DNA of 60,441 bases from a virus (lineage: Duplodnaviria > Caudoviricetes). Below, in pieces: positions 1 through 9,414 of the stretch (position 1 is its first letter; every line of letters starts with the position of its first letter). The position numbers and the translations under genes are program-made. The stretch lies in IMG/VR virus record IMGVR_UViG_3300045283_000290, positions 1-60,441 of that record; one strand, 5' to 3'. The notes below the pieces were generated by a model, which was not told the origin of the DNA, made no database searches, and was given only the letters and a program-made list of their open reading frames with translations.

Positions 1-450
1 GAGGAGCGGGTCGCGCGCGAGGTACAGGCCGAGGCCGACCGGCTGGCGCGCGAGGCGGAGGACGCCCGCCAGGCCGCCGAGCGCGCGAAGAAGCCGGAGA
101 CCACCGCCGCGAAGGAGGCGGTCGCCGGCGTGAGGGAGGAGGCGGCGAGCACCGCCAGGATCGAGGCCGCGGTCGCCACCGGGCGCGCCGAGACCGCGCA
201 TATCGCCACGCTGGCGAGGCCGGCCGACATCATGCGCACGCGCGGAGCGGACGGCACGCTCTCGACGATGGCGACGGAGACCTACGCCGAGATCGAGGAC
301 GACTCGAAGCTCGACATGGCGAAGCTCTGGCCGTTCATCCGGCTCGACGTGAAGAAGACCGCGCTCACCGCATGGGCGAAGACGACGAACTTCGACCAGC
401 AGATGCCGGGCGCGAAGATCGGCCGGCGGCCGAAGTCGGTGGTCCGATGA
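1..450 (+). CDS. Phage coiled-coil hypothetical protein (5' partial)
   Basis: Frame is open from base 1 (EERVAREVQAEADRLAREAE...) into ORF 130..450. Stop overlaps the next ATG (ATGA). Confidence 0.7.
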   Translation, partial: EERVAREVQAEADRLAREAEDARQAAERAKKPETTAAKEAVAGVREEAASTARIEAAVATGRAETAHIATLARPADIMRTRGADGTLSTMATETYAEIEDDSKLDMAKLWPFIRLDVKKTALTAWAKTTNFDQQMPGAKIGRRPKSVVR

Positions 451-1049
451 TCTTCCGCCGGTATCGCGCCCGCGACCTCGGCGCGCAGCACCGAGCGCTC
501 GCCGACAAGTACCTCGCCATCGCGCAGGGGCAGCAGGGATTCCGCGCCTTCTTCGACGGCTGCTGCGAGCCGGTCAATCCGGGTGGGACTGCCGGCTACG
601 GCGCCGTCATTTTCGCCGGCGAGCACCGCGTGTTCGAGACATCCGGCATCGTGCCGGCCGCGCCGACAACGTCCAACAATGTTGCCGAGTACCTCGCGGT
701 GCTCGCGATCTTCGACTGGCTCATCAGGCACGCGCCCACCGGCGCGCGCTCGTGGCTGTTCGGCGATTCGCGTCTCGTGGTCTGCCAGCTGTGGGGCTGG
801 CCGCCCGGCGGGAAGCTGTGGAAGATCGGCGGCGTCGACGACCGCGACCGCCCGAGAGGCCGCTACGCCGACCGCGCGGTCGAGGCGCGCGATAAGCTGA
901 AGCTGCTGCCGGGATGCCGCGGCTTCTGGATTCCCCGCGAGAAAAACTCGCTGGCGGATGACCTCTCGAAGGCCGAGCTGCGGCGCGCGGGGGTCGAGTT
1001 CCGAATCCAACCGGAGGAAGATCATGGCGAAGGCGAAGACGCAGAGTAA
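447..1049 (+). CDS. Ribonuclease HI-family protein
   Basis: FFDGCCEPVNPGG, SNNVAEYLA, FGDSRLVV and WIPREKNSLADDLS motifs give the RNase H D-E-D-D catalytic set. Confidence 0.88.
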   Translation: MIFRRYRARDLGAQHRALADKYLAIAQGQQGFRAFFDGCCEPVNPGGTAGYGAVIFAGEHRVFETSGIVPAAPTTSNNVAEYLAVLAIFDWLIRHAPTGARSWLFGDSRLVVCQLWGWPPGGKLWKIGGVDDRDRPRGRYADRAVEARDKLKLLPGCRGFWIPREKNSLADDLSKAELRRAGVEFRIQPEEDHGEGEDAE

Positions 1050-2043
1050 GGACGAGCCGGCATTGTTTGAAACGCCGGCGGCGCAGGGCGAACTTGAAAG
1101 CGGCAATCAAGTTGAAAAGGTCGGCGCGGTGACGACCCGGCCGCGCAGCAAGAAGACCGTCGAGGGCGTTGAGGTTCACCAGCGGGCCATGGTGCGCGCG
1201 GAGCCGCCGCCGCCCCCGACCGTCCTGACCGACTATCAGGCGACGCTCGCATCGCTCGAGCGCCTCGCCACCAGGAAGGACGTCAACCCGGACGCGCTCG
1301 ATCGCATCGTCGCGCTGATGGAGCGCATCGAGGCGCGCCAGGCGAAGGCGCGGTTCGACGCGGCGTTCGTCGTCGTGCAGCCGAAGCTGGTCGCCGCCGT
1401 GCTGCCGAAGAGCGGCAGGATCGAGGTCAAGGCGAAGGACCAGAGCACGGGGCAGCGCACCGGCAAGGTGCTCCAGGACACGCCCTACCCGAAGTACGAG
1501 GAGGTCGCGCCGATCATCATCCCGATCCTCAACGCGGAGGGCTTCTCGCTCACGCATCGGACCGAGCGCACGCCGGAGGGGCGGCTCAAGGTCACCGCCG
1601 TGCTCACCGGCCACGGGCACGAGGACGCCACCTGCTCGCTAGAGTTCGAGGCCGACACCACCGGCTCGAAGAACAACGCGCAGGCGTGGGTCAGCGTCCA
1701 GAGCTACGGCCGGCGAGCCACGTCGTTCTCGCGGCTCAACCTCGTCGCCAAGGGCGAGGACGACGACGGCGCGAAGGCCGGCCGGCCGGTCGTCGGCGGC
1801 GATCCGCTCTCCGCCGATCAGACCCAGCAGCTGTTCGAGATTTGCGCGGCGACCGGCGCCGACCGCGACAAGTTCCTGGCCTTCATGAACCGGAAGCGGC
1901 CGAATGGGCACCCGGAGGCGAAGGAGATCGGGCATCTGCCGGCGTCGCGCTTCGAGGAAGCAATCGAGGAGCTGCGGCTGGCCGAAGAGGCGAGGAAGGC
2001 CGTCGCCGAGAAGGATGCTCACCACTGGCGGCGACCTCTATGA
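1024..2043 (+). CDS. ERF-family single-strand annealing protein
   Basis: NNAQAWVSVQSYGRR...GEDDDG ERF signature. Lies next to an exonuclease. Confidence 0.85.
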   Translation: MAKAKTQSKDEPALFETPAAQGELESGNQVEKVGAVTTRPRSKKTVEGVEVHQRAMVRAEPPPPPTVLTDYQATLASLERLATRKDVNPDALDRIVALMERIEARQAKARFDAAFVVVQPKLVAAVLPKSGRIEVKAKDQSTGQRTGKVLQDTPYPKYEEVAPIIIPILNAEGFSLTHRTERTPEGRLKVTAVLTGHGHEDATCSLEFEADTTGSKNNAQAWVSVQSYGRRATSFSRLNLVAKGEDDDGAKAGRPVVGGDPLSADQTQQLFEICAATGADRDKFLAFMNRKRPNGHPEAKEIGHLPASRFEEAIEELRLAEEARKAVAEKDAHHWRRPL

Positions 2044-2230
2044 GAATCCCGCCTTCGAGTGCTTGTGGCTCCGATGAAACGCGCGGTCGCAGTTTACGAG
2101 CCGGCAGGGGCCTTCCGCCCTCGCCAACCGAGGAGGACGTGGCGCTGACGATCCGGCGCATCATCGGTTGCTCTAGTGCGATTGCGGAGCACACCGCCCG
2201 GCAATTGGCCCTTTTAACGACGAGACGGTG

Positions 2231-2956
2231 ATGGCGCGTAATCTGGTAAAGCCGAAGCCCGCCCGCTTGGAAGACCTAGTCGAGGAGATCGACGTAGAGC
2301 AGGGCAGCGAGGAGTGGCGCGCGCTCCACGTCGGTGTGCCGTCCGCCGGCATCTTTCGCGCCGTCATGGCGGAGAGCCGAGAAGGTCCAGACACCGGCGT
2401 CCGCGCCTCGCTCCTTCACCGCATGGCTGCGGAGATCATCTTCGAGCGTCCGATGGAGACGTTCTCGAACGCCGACATGGACCGCGGCCGCGAGCAGGAG
2501 CCATGGCTTCTCGAGCAGTATGAGACCGAGCAGCACCGCAAGGCCTTCGCGCGCAACGCCACTTTCCCCGGCCTTCGGCGCGTCGGCTTCATAAAGCGCA
2601 CCATCCGCGACCCGCTGATGGAGGAGCCCCTCGTCGTCGGCTGCTCGCCGGATGCCCTCGTCGAGGACGACGGCATGGTCGAGACGAAGTCGATGCGGCC
2701 GAACCTCCTGGTGAAGCTGCTCGACTCCGGGCGCTTCCCTGGCGAGCACCGCTGGCAATGCCAGGGCTCGCTCTGGGTCAGCGGGCGGGCCTGGTGCGAT
2801 CTCCGCATCGGCTACGAGGAGTTTCCGCTCCGCGGGGAGTGGCGCATCCAGGCCAGCGATACCGATGCCCAGACCCTCCGCAATCAATGCGAGCGGTTCA
2901 TGTGGGACCTGCGCAAGCTAGTCGAGCGGGTGCGGGCGAAAGGAGGAGCGCGATGA
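2231..2956 (+). CDS. YqaJ/lambda-exonuclease family recombinase nuclease
   Basis: EQGSEEW, RGREQEP, GCSPDAL...ETK and QCQGSLWVSGRAWCD motifs. Confidence 0.9.
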   Translation: MARNLVKPKPARLEDLVEEIDVEQGSEEWRALHVGVPSAGIFRAVMAESREGPDTGVRASLLHRMAAEIIFERPMETFSNADMDRGREQEPWLLEQYETEQHRKAFARNATFPGLRRVGFIKRTIRDPLMEEPLVVGCSPDALVEDDGMVETKSMRPNLLVKLLDSGRFPGEHRWQCQGSLWVSGRAWCDLRIGYEEFPLRGEWRIQASDTDAQTLRNQCERFMWDLRKLVERVRAKGGAR

Positions 2957-3659
2957 AAGTCGATGAGCGAGTACTCCGGGTAATTGATCGAGCGACGTGC
3001 CGCGGAGATTTGCTCGTGCTGCCGGAGCAGTTGGAGCGGGAGGACTATCTCGCGGTCGACAAGGTTCTGAAGGCCGCGGGCGGCAAGTGGAATCGCGCAC
3101 GCGCCGGCCACGTCTTTGACGGCGGTGCGGCAGAGGCAATCGACCCGATCATCCTGACCGGGACGGTCACCGATGCAAGGCGCGAGTTCGGAGCGTTCTT
3201 CACCCCGCCGGATTTGGCCCGGCGAGCCGCAAAGCTTGCCGGCCTCCGCGACGGCTACCGCGTGCTTGAGCCGAGCGCCGGCCACGGGGCCCTGGTGCTG
3301 GCGGCACGCGCAGAGGCAAACGTCAAGGTCGACGCCGTCGAGCTGTATCCGGGAAGCTCCGTAGTGCTGAAGTCGGTCGATCTCGGCGGCGGCCGCCTCT
3401 GGGGGGAGACCGATTTCCTCGCCATGGGCCCAGGCGACGTCGGAAAGTTCGACGCCGTTCTGATGAACCCGCCGTTCGCGAAGATGGCGGACGCGAAGCA
3501 CGTCTTGCACGCGATCAACTTCGTTAGCCCTGGCGGTCGGATCGTTGCGATCATGTCGGCCGCAGTCACGTTCCGGCAAGCGGTCGACTATCGAATAATC
3601 CATGCCTATCCGGTTGTCACCCACAAACCCAAATACCCTCTAGATGTAGATGCTGACTC

Positions 3660-3854
3660 ATGATCGAAAAATCCAAAATACGGGATTTCTCAAAGCTCAA
3701 TATTCGAGACGGGGTGATCCATTACCGACTCTACCAGCAAGACGGAACGATGGTCGCCATGACCGTAAGAGACACCTATTCGATGCGGCTTTTCGTTTCG
3801 TGGGTACAAATTCACGACAGGTACACGGCTCACAAATCGGTCGCCGGAACATGA
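3660..3854 (+). CDS. Small hypothetical cargo protein (64 aa)
   Basis: Starts just inside the left end. ATGA overlap with the SpoU gene suggests translational coupling. Confidence 0.5.
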   Translation: MIEKSKIRDFSKLNIRDGVIHYRLYQQDGTMVAMTVRDTYSMRLFVSWVQIHDRYTAHKSVAGT

Positions 3855-4330
3855 ACATGCGCGGCTTTGCGGCAATCGGCCTCGACAATCCCAAAACGCC
3901 GTCGAATATCGGCGGCGTTCTGAGGGCTTGCGGATGCTATGGGGCCGCCCTTGTCGTTATCGGCGGCCCGCGCCCTGAGAGGCTTTCAAAGCTTTCCACG
4001 GACACCCAAAAGGCTTGGCGGCATATCCCTCACGTCCTCGTCGGCGACGTGTTTGATGCCATCCCGTATGACACTGTTGCGGTTGCCGTTGACTTGATTG
4101 ACGGCGCAATACCGCTGCCGCGTTACTGTCATCCCGAGCGCGCTTTCTACATTTTCGGGGCCGAAGACGCGACGCTCGGAAAGCGAATCCTTGATCGTTG
4201 CCGCGACAAGATCGTGGTGCCCACGAACTACTGCATGAATTTGGCGGCGACCGTGAACGTCGTCCTCTATGACCGGGCGGCAAAGGCCGCGCGCGCCGAC
4301 GTAGTTGCGAACAAAATGAGGCATCCATGA
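3851..4330 (+). CDS. SpoU/TrmH-family (SPOUT) RNA methyltransferase, cargo of E1
   Basis: GLDNPKTPSNIGGVLRA, YIFGAED and CMNLAATVNVVLYDR are SPOUT motifs 1-3. Confidence 0.88.
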   Translation: MNMRGFAAIGLDNPKTPSNIGGVLRACGCYGAALVVIGGPRPERLSKLSTDTQKAWRHIPHVLVGDVFDAIPYDTVAVAVDLIDGAIPLPRYCHPERAFYIFGAEDATLGKRILDRCRDKIVVPTNYCMNLAATVNVVLYDRAAKAARADVVANKMRHP

Positions 4331-4750
4331 CCGGCACTAGATGTAGAGGTGTGGGTGACAACCGGATAGGCATGGAATAATCCGATCGCTGACCTCGCAT
4401 GGAGGCGGCATCGAGCCGCTGCCGGCGGGCTCGTTCAAAAAATCCGGCACCGACGTAAATGCCTGCCTTGTGCATTTCGATGTATCCGCGCGGATGCGAG
4501 AGGAGGACCGGGCAATGAAGGCGCAGATGGAGAGCACCAGCGTGATCGATACCGTCACGCTTCCCGACGGGACGAAGGCGCGGGCGCGGCGATGGGACGG
4601 GGTCAGCGAGAAAGGCGTCCGGTTCTGCGCCTGGGTGCTGTTCTGTCAGGTCCCCGCCGCGGCTGACCAGGCGGAGTTCGAGCGCGCCCTCGCCGAGTCG
4701 AAGATCGAGCGCGAGCTGGTTTCTTTCGACTACCGCATGGTGGCGGACTG

Positions 4751-5236
4751 ATGCGCTACGGATTCAAGGCGCGCTTCGTTGCCCCGATCCAGGCCGGGCT
4801 CGGCATCCTGCCGATGTTCGAACACTGCGGCAAAGGCGTGCCGGCCGAGTTCACGCTTGAAGCCGGCGAGCTACGCCCATTCGATCCGGCGCGCGACCTT
4901 GATCCTCCGATATTCCCGAAGCGGCAGACCATCCGCGCGCACCGCAGGGGCCGCAGCCGCCACGTCCGCCCCGGCGAGGAGATTTCGCTGTGGCACGGTC
5001 CTCGTATGAAGCCGAAGCTGATCGGGCGGGCCCGGTGCACGAGCATCGAGCCGATTGGCTTTCGCGTGGCGTCGTCGCATCTTTTCCTCGAGCGGCCGAA
5101 CGGCTTTCAAAGCATCACGGACCTGTTTGCTCGGGCCGATGGCTTCGCCAATGCCGGCGAGATGCGCGACTTCTGGATCGCGGAGCACGGCCTCGGCATC
5201 TTCCGCGGCGTCATCATCCGGTGGGAGCCGCTGTGA
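4751..5236 (+). CDS. ASCH/PUA-like domain protein
   Basis: KRQTIR...PGEEISL...IGRARCTSIEPI...FARADGF...FW pattern. Confidence 0.65.
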   Translation: MRYGFKARFVAPIQAGLGILPMFEHCGKGVPAEFTLEAGELRPFDPARDLDPPIFPKRQTIRAHRRGRSRHVRPGEEISLWHGPRMKPKLIGRARCTSIEPIGFRVASSHLFLERPNGFQSITDLFARADGFANAGEMRDFWIAEHGLGIFRGVIIRWEPL

Positions 5237-5838
5237 GGTATCTCCCCGTCAACTTCACCTGGCGCGTCGTCGACGTCGTCGATGCCGACGGCGTCGCGGA
5301 GCGCCGCTTCGCCATGGTGCCGGCGAAGCGCTACGCGAACGTCTGCGGGCGCCAGTTTCACGAGGACGAGGAGTACCCGCTGGCGCCGCTCGAGGCGCGA
5401 TCGCGGTCGAGCCACAACCACTTCTTCGCCGCGCTCGCCGACGGCTTCGCGAACATCCCCGAGGACGTCGGCATGGTGCAGCAGCGGCTCAACATCAAGA
5501 CGATGCCGCCGGGCGGCTGGAAGGACGAGGAGCATTTCCGGGCATGGGCGCTGTGCGAGACCGGCTGGTGCGACCTCGACGAGTTCGAGTTCGACTCGCC
5601 GAAGGATGCCGTCACCTTCGCCCGCTACTGCCGCAAGAAGGACGACGAGCGCGACGCCTACACGATGATCCTCGTCCGCGGGAAGCACGTCACCATCAAG
5701 ACCCCGAAGTCTCAGAGCGCGGCGAACATGTCGAAGGAGCCGTTCGAACAGAGCAAGCGCGACGTGCTCGACCTTCTGGAGACGATCACCGGGCTCAAGA
5801 AGGGGACGCTCAACAAGGAGGCGGGGAAACACGCATGA
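5233..5838 (+). CDS. NinB/DUF1367-like phage protein
   Basis: RSRSSHNHFFA...PKSQSAANMSKEPFE pattern. GTG start overlaps the previous stop. Confidence 0.55.
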   Translation: MRYLPVNFTWRVVDVVDADGVAERRFAMVPAKRYANVCGRQFHEDEEYPLAPLEARSRSSHNHFFAALADGFANIPEDVGMVQQRLNIKTMPPGGWKDEEHFRAWALCETGWCDLDEFEFDSPKDAVTFARYCRKKDDERDAYTMILVRGKHVTIKTPKSQSAANMSKEPFEQSKRDVLDLLETITGLKKGTLNKEAGKHA

Positions 5839-6164
5839 CTCGCCAGCCCGACCTATTCGACATGCGCTCCCCGTACCGGAACCGGCCGGGGCACAAGGAG
5901 CGCGGCGGCACGTCCGAGGCCGCGGCCCGTGCGGTCGCAGGCGATGCCGACAACCTCCAGCGCGAGGTCTACCGCGCATTCGTGGCCGCCGGCCGGGACG
6001 GACTCACGGCAGACGAGGTCGCCGCCAGGGTCGGGCGCAGCGTGCTCTCGGTGCGCCCGCGCGTGACCGAGCTGGCGCACGCCGAGCGGCCGTGGATCGC
6101 GAGGACCGGCGAGCGCCGGCGCAACGAGAGCGGCCACAGCGCCGCGGTCTGGAGGGCTACATGA
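5835..6164 (+). CDS. Winged-helix DNA-binding protein
   Basis: GLTADEVAARVGRSVLSVRPRVTEL...TGERR. Confidence 0.7.
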   Translation: MTRQPDLFDMRSPYRNRPGHKERGGTSEAAARAVAGDADNLQREVYRAFVAAGRDGLTADEVAARVGRSVLSVRPRVTELAHAERPWIARTGERRRNESGHSAAVWRAT

Positions 6165-6334
6165 ATCACATCGTCACAACAGATGACGGGCAGTTTTGCG
6201 TCTTCGAGGACGACCATCAGGTTGCAGGCCCTTTCGCGACGGAAGCTGAGGCTTGGGCGTGGATCGACCGGCACGGCAAAGAGGGGCGCGCCGACTCCGA
6301 TCGTCACAACCGTATCAGGCAGGCATTCTCATGA
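6161..6334 (+). CDS. Small hypothetical protein
   Basis: ATGA-coupled, with upstream GGAGG. Confidence 0.55.
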   Translation: MNHIVTTDDGQFCVFEDDHQVAGPFATEAEAWAWIDRHGKEGRADSDRHNRIRQAFS

Positions 6335-6548
6335 ACGCGGCAACCTTCGTCCTCATCGCGACGCTCGCCTGCGGCGACCCCGCGCTGACGTTTCGCGAGT
6401 TCTTCGCCACCACCAGGGCGAGCCGGCGTTTCCTCGCGGCCATCACTACGAGACGACGGAGATGTACCTGACGCGCCAGGCCGAGGCGTTCGCCGACTTC
6501 CTCGACTACCGCGCCGCGCGCGCCGACAAATGCGGGAGGGCAAAGTGA
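6331..6548 (+). pseudogene. Small hypothetical protein with apparent frameshift near 6410
   Basis: MNAATFVLIATLACG... continues plausibly in another frame as QGEPAFPRGHHYETTEMY... Confidence 0.45.
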
Positions 6549-6880
6549 GAGAGATGTTTCACCCCCTGGAGTGGGAGCCGATCGCGTCGTGCCCCGAGGG
6601 CACCGCCGTCGAGGGCTGGGTCGATCGACCCGACGGCGGCTACCGGCTGCCGTTCCCGATCGCCTGGCGGCCGCGACGGGCGGCCGATGGGATTGCCATC
6701 TGCTCACCGGCAATGGTGCCGTCGGGATGCGACCCTCGTCGCCGGTGGCAAAACGTCGAGTACGAATCGCCAATCGATCTGGTCGTCGCGCCCTCGCACT
6801 GGCGACGCTGGCCCGAGCGGGTGTCGGCCGTCTTCGTCACCCGGGAGCTACCCCGACGCCAGGCCGGAGTCCGCGCGTGA
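6545..6880 (+). CDS. Phage hypothetical protein (DUF551-like)
   Basis: WEPIASCPEGT...PSHWRRWP. Confidence 0.55.
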   Translation: MREMFHPLEWEPIASCPEGTAVEGWVDRPDGGYRLPFPIAWRPRRAADGIAICSPAMVPSGCDPRRRWQNVEYESPIDLVVAPSHWRRWPERVSAVFVTRELPRRQAGVRA

Positions 6881-7197
6881 GCAAGATCACCGTCCAGGAC
6901 CAGCTCAAGGAGATAGAGGCGCTCATCCTCGACTTCCGGTGGGCGCGCGATACGCCGAGCGCGCCGGAGTGGCGCACGTTCCAGGTCCTCAAGATAATCG
7001 CCGCGAACCTGCGCGCTCAACTCCCCGGGGCTGCGGAGGAGGCGAGGGCCTCGATCACCCGCCGCTTCGGTGACCTGGACGCGCTGCGCGCGCGCATCGG
7101 CGGCGAACTCGGCGTCCTGCAGGAGTTGAACGCGCGATGGCCCGCGATCTCGCACGCGATCGAGGTGGCGTGCCGAATTGATCCGGAGGGAAAATGA
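6877..7197 (+). CDS. Hypothetical protein
   Basis: GTGA-coupled ORF with coding-like codon usage. Confidence 0.6.
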   Translation: MSKITVQDQLKEIEALILDFRWARDTPSAPEWRTFQVLKIIAANLRAQLPGAAEEARASITRRFGDLDALRARIGGELGVLQELNARWPAISHAIEVACRIDPEGK

Positions 7198-7596
7198 GCC
7201 GGAGCCGCGTGCACATGCTGATGGTTGCGGCCGCCAAGGTGCGGTCGCTCCAGCCGAAGATCGCCGAGGCGCTCGAGACGGCCCGCGCGCGAGCAGGCGG
7301 AGAGCCACGCCGAGGGCGCCGACTTCGACAAGCTGCGAGGCCGCCAGGAGGAGAGGCGCATCGAGCGCCAGCGGACACTCTTCCACGCCCTGCCGTCGTC
7401 GGGCCACACCGACCGGCTGCGCGGGGCGATGCTCCAGCGCGCCTACGACCTCATGTGGGACGGCTTCACGACCGAGTGTGACGCGCTCGTCGAGTTCCTG
7501 CCGAGCGACCTTGTCGAGGAGATGTTCGCGGCGTGGGAGGCCGACTCGATGGGGCGCGAGCCCCGCTCACGATTCTACGACGGAGGAAACAAATGA
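7194..7596 (+). pseudogene. Hypothetical protein with apparent frameshift near 7290
   Basis: MSRSRVHML...ETARA joins REQAESHAEG...FYDGGNK across a GCGCGC run. Confidence 0.5.
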
Positions 7597-7982
7597 CGAC
7601 GCTGATTGAGAGCATACTCATCGACCGCCTCATCCAGCAGGTGGAGCGGAGGACGCGGGCGGAAGATAAGAGCGGCGAGCACGTCGCCGCTCTGGGCGAC
7701 GCCGCCCTCCGCATCGTCGATCTGGAGAAGGACTTCGCCCGCGCCAACGAGAAGGCCGACGCGATGGAGAAGCTCGCCGACCGCAAGGCCAGCCAGGTCA
7801 ACGACATGATCCGGAGCCGGAACGACGCGGAGAAGCGACTGTTTGCTCTCTACGAGGCGGCCGACGCGCTGGTGAAGGAAATCGCCCGGCGGAAGAACCC
7901 GCACAAGGTCGACGACCTACGACGCCGCCTCGGCGTGGCGCTGCAGACCGCCCACGACGACTGCGGGCAGATTCCGTTCTGA
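7593..7982 (+). CDS. Coiled-coil hypothetical protein
   Basis: GGAGG RBS; ends in IPF. Confidence 0.65.
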   Translation: MTTLIESILIDRLIQQVERRTRAEDKSGEHVAALGDAALRIVDLEKDFARANEKADAMEKLADRKASQVNDMIRSRNDAEKRLFALYEAADALVKEIARRKNPHKVDDLRRRLGVALQTAHDDCGQIPF

Positions 7983-7984
7983 CG

Positions 7985-8602
7985 ATGCCGCGCCTCTATC
8001 GCCCGCACATCCCCGTCGAGGTCCGCTGCCGCGTCGCCCTGCGGCAGCTCGGCGAGATGTGGCCGGACCAGGTCATCGCCGCGCGGCGGCACACAGGGCG
8101 CGACGCGCACATCAAAAGCCTTGGCGTCCTCAAATCGAATAGCGGCGGCCTCGGGGCGCTGCTCGACGAGAGCCTCGCCAAGCTGGCCGATCTTCTGAAT
8201 TGTGAGGTCGGGCGCCTTCGGCTCGACCACAACCCTGCCCTGGGTGCGCGCGAGATCGTCGCCGAAGGCATCAAGAACGGCAAGCGGTGGGCGACGTACA
8301 GGCCCGATGCCAACAACCTCGAGTTTTTGATCTATCGGGAGAAGCACGCGCACCACATCAAGACGAACGTCCGCGGCGACGGCGCACAGCACCCCGACCG
8401 CGTGCTCATCAAGCGGGAGCGCCGGCGAAAACGGGAAAATACTTTAGGTGGGCGGCCTGTTTCGGGAAAACGCTTTAGGTGGGCCAAACACTCGCGCGGG
8501 TTGAAGGGCCGGCCGAAGGTGAAAATCCGCTCGCGCGGCTTCCGCAAGGTCGCCAAACAACGAAGGCGCCAGCTCCCGATCCCACCCAGGAGGATGACGT
8601 GA
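7985..8602 (+). CDS. HNH-like protein with basic C-terminal tail
   Basis: LDHNPALG...NNLEFLIY..KHAHHIKT. Confidence 0.55.
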   Translation: MPRLYRPHIPVEVRCRVALRQLGEMWPDQVIAARRHTGRDAHIKSLGVLKSNSGGLGALLDESLAKLADLLNCEVGRLRLDHNPALGAREIVAEGIKNGKRWATYRPDANNLEFLIYREKHAHHIKTNVRGDGAQHPDRVLIKRERRRKRENTLGGRPVSGKRFRWAKHSRGLKGRPKVKIRSRGFRKVAKQRRRQLPIPPRRMT

Positions 8603-9234
8603 CCGCCATTGCCCTCGCCGCGGCGATCGCCGCGAGCGTCGCCGGAGCCGAACTCAAGTCGCCGCGGTGGGAATTGGAGCTGACCCCGCATGGCTTCATC
8701 ATTTGGTTCCGCTTCGACCCGCCCGCCGGTCTGCAAGACAGAGACGGAGACGTGCGCGTGAGCAACCGCCCGATGATCCTCGGCATGAACAACCCGCTCT
8801 CCGACGCCCCGGAGCACGCGCTCTACCCGCTGCCGGCCGGCTGCACCGGCTCGCGGCTGTTCGGCATCCTGAAACTCGTGTGGCCCGAGATCGGGTTCCG
8901 CGACTACCTGCGCAGCTACGAGCGGCGCAACCTCGTCGTCGGCCAGGCTTGGAGCGCCGTGGCCGGAAGGATCGCAGCCGACGTGCTGCGCGAGGAGATC
9001 GCCAAGAGGCGGTCGGTCCAACAAATAGCCGTGCTCGGCGCGCAGACGTGGGCGGCGATTCATGGGCACCGCGACGACACGCCGGTGCTGGCCTCGCTGC
9101 GGGTCTCCAACATCGTCTGGAACCGGCTGCCGCATCCGAGCGGCCGGAACCCCTGGTACAATGTCGAGGAGAACCGGCTCGCCGCGGCGCGGCTGCTCCT
9201 CTCTCTCCTCACGCCGCTGCCGGAGACGACATGA
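8599..9234 (+). CDS. Hypothetical protein
   Basis: Coupled ORF with AGGAGG upstream. Confidence 0.55.
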   Translation: MTAIALAAAIAASVAGAELKSPRWELELTPHGFIIWFRFDPPAGLQDRDGDVRVSNRPMILGMNNPLSDAPEHALYPLPAGCTGSRLFGILKLVWPEIGFRDYLRSYERRNLVVGQAWSAVAGRIAADVLREEIAKRRSVQQIAVLGAQTWAAIHGHRDDTPVLASLRVSNIVWNRLPHPSGRNPWYNVEENRLAAARLLLSLLTPLPETT

Positions 9235-9414
9235 GCATCGAACGCCGCAACGGAAAGGTCGTCATCGAGTGCGACGTCGTGAACTGTCAGGCCGAGGTCG
9301 AGGGCGACGACTTCGAGAGCGCTTGGCGGGGACGCGAAGGGCGCTGGCTGGCGCGCGAGGAAGATCGGCCGCGACTGGGTGCGGGGCTGCCCGAAACACG
9401 CGAGGGACATCTGA
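9231..9414 (+). pseudogene. Small Cys-containing protein with an extra G in a GGGG run (~9330)
   Basis: Removing one G gives MSIERRNGKVVIECDVVNC...WRDAKGAGWRARKIGRDWVRGCPKHARDI*. Confidence 0.55.

Larger units (their letters stand above)
3601..4374 (+). mobile_element. Non-autonomous IS1595 (ISSod11-type) cargo cassette E1, 774 bp
   Basis: Perfect 25-bp TIRs CATGCCTATCCGGTTGTCACCCACA (3601-3625, 4350-4374). 8-bp TSD GAATAATC (3593-3600, 4375-4382). No transposase; lower GC than the flanks. Confidence 0.95.
2953..4751 (+). pseudogene. N6-adenine DNA methyltransferase copy 1, split by cassette 3601-4374
   Basis: FFTPPDLA, VLEPSAGHG and VLMNPPF motifs. Removing the insert and one GAATAATC restores ...DYRIIRSLTSHGGGIEPLPAGSFKKSGTDVNACLV..., which reads on in frame to 4751. 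The last ~80 codons may be a separate gene. Confidence 0.9.

Noticed and set aside
3593-3600. Shared target consensus for the three insertions
   Set aside because: The 8-mers are dissimilar. GATC lies next to two sites but not the third, and three sites are too few to infer a motif.
3601-4374. Self-splicing intron or intein explanation for the MTase interruptions
   Set aside because: TIRs plus 8-bp TSDs indicate DDE transposition. The inserts contain in-frame stops and no recognisable group I/II or intein motifs.
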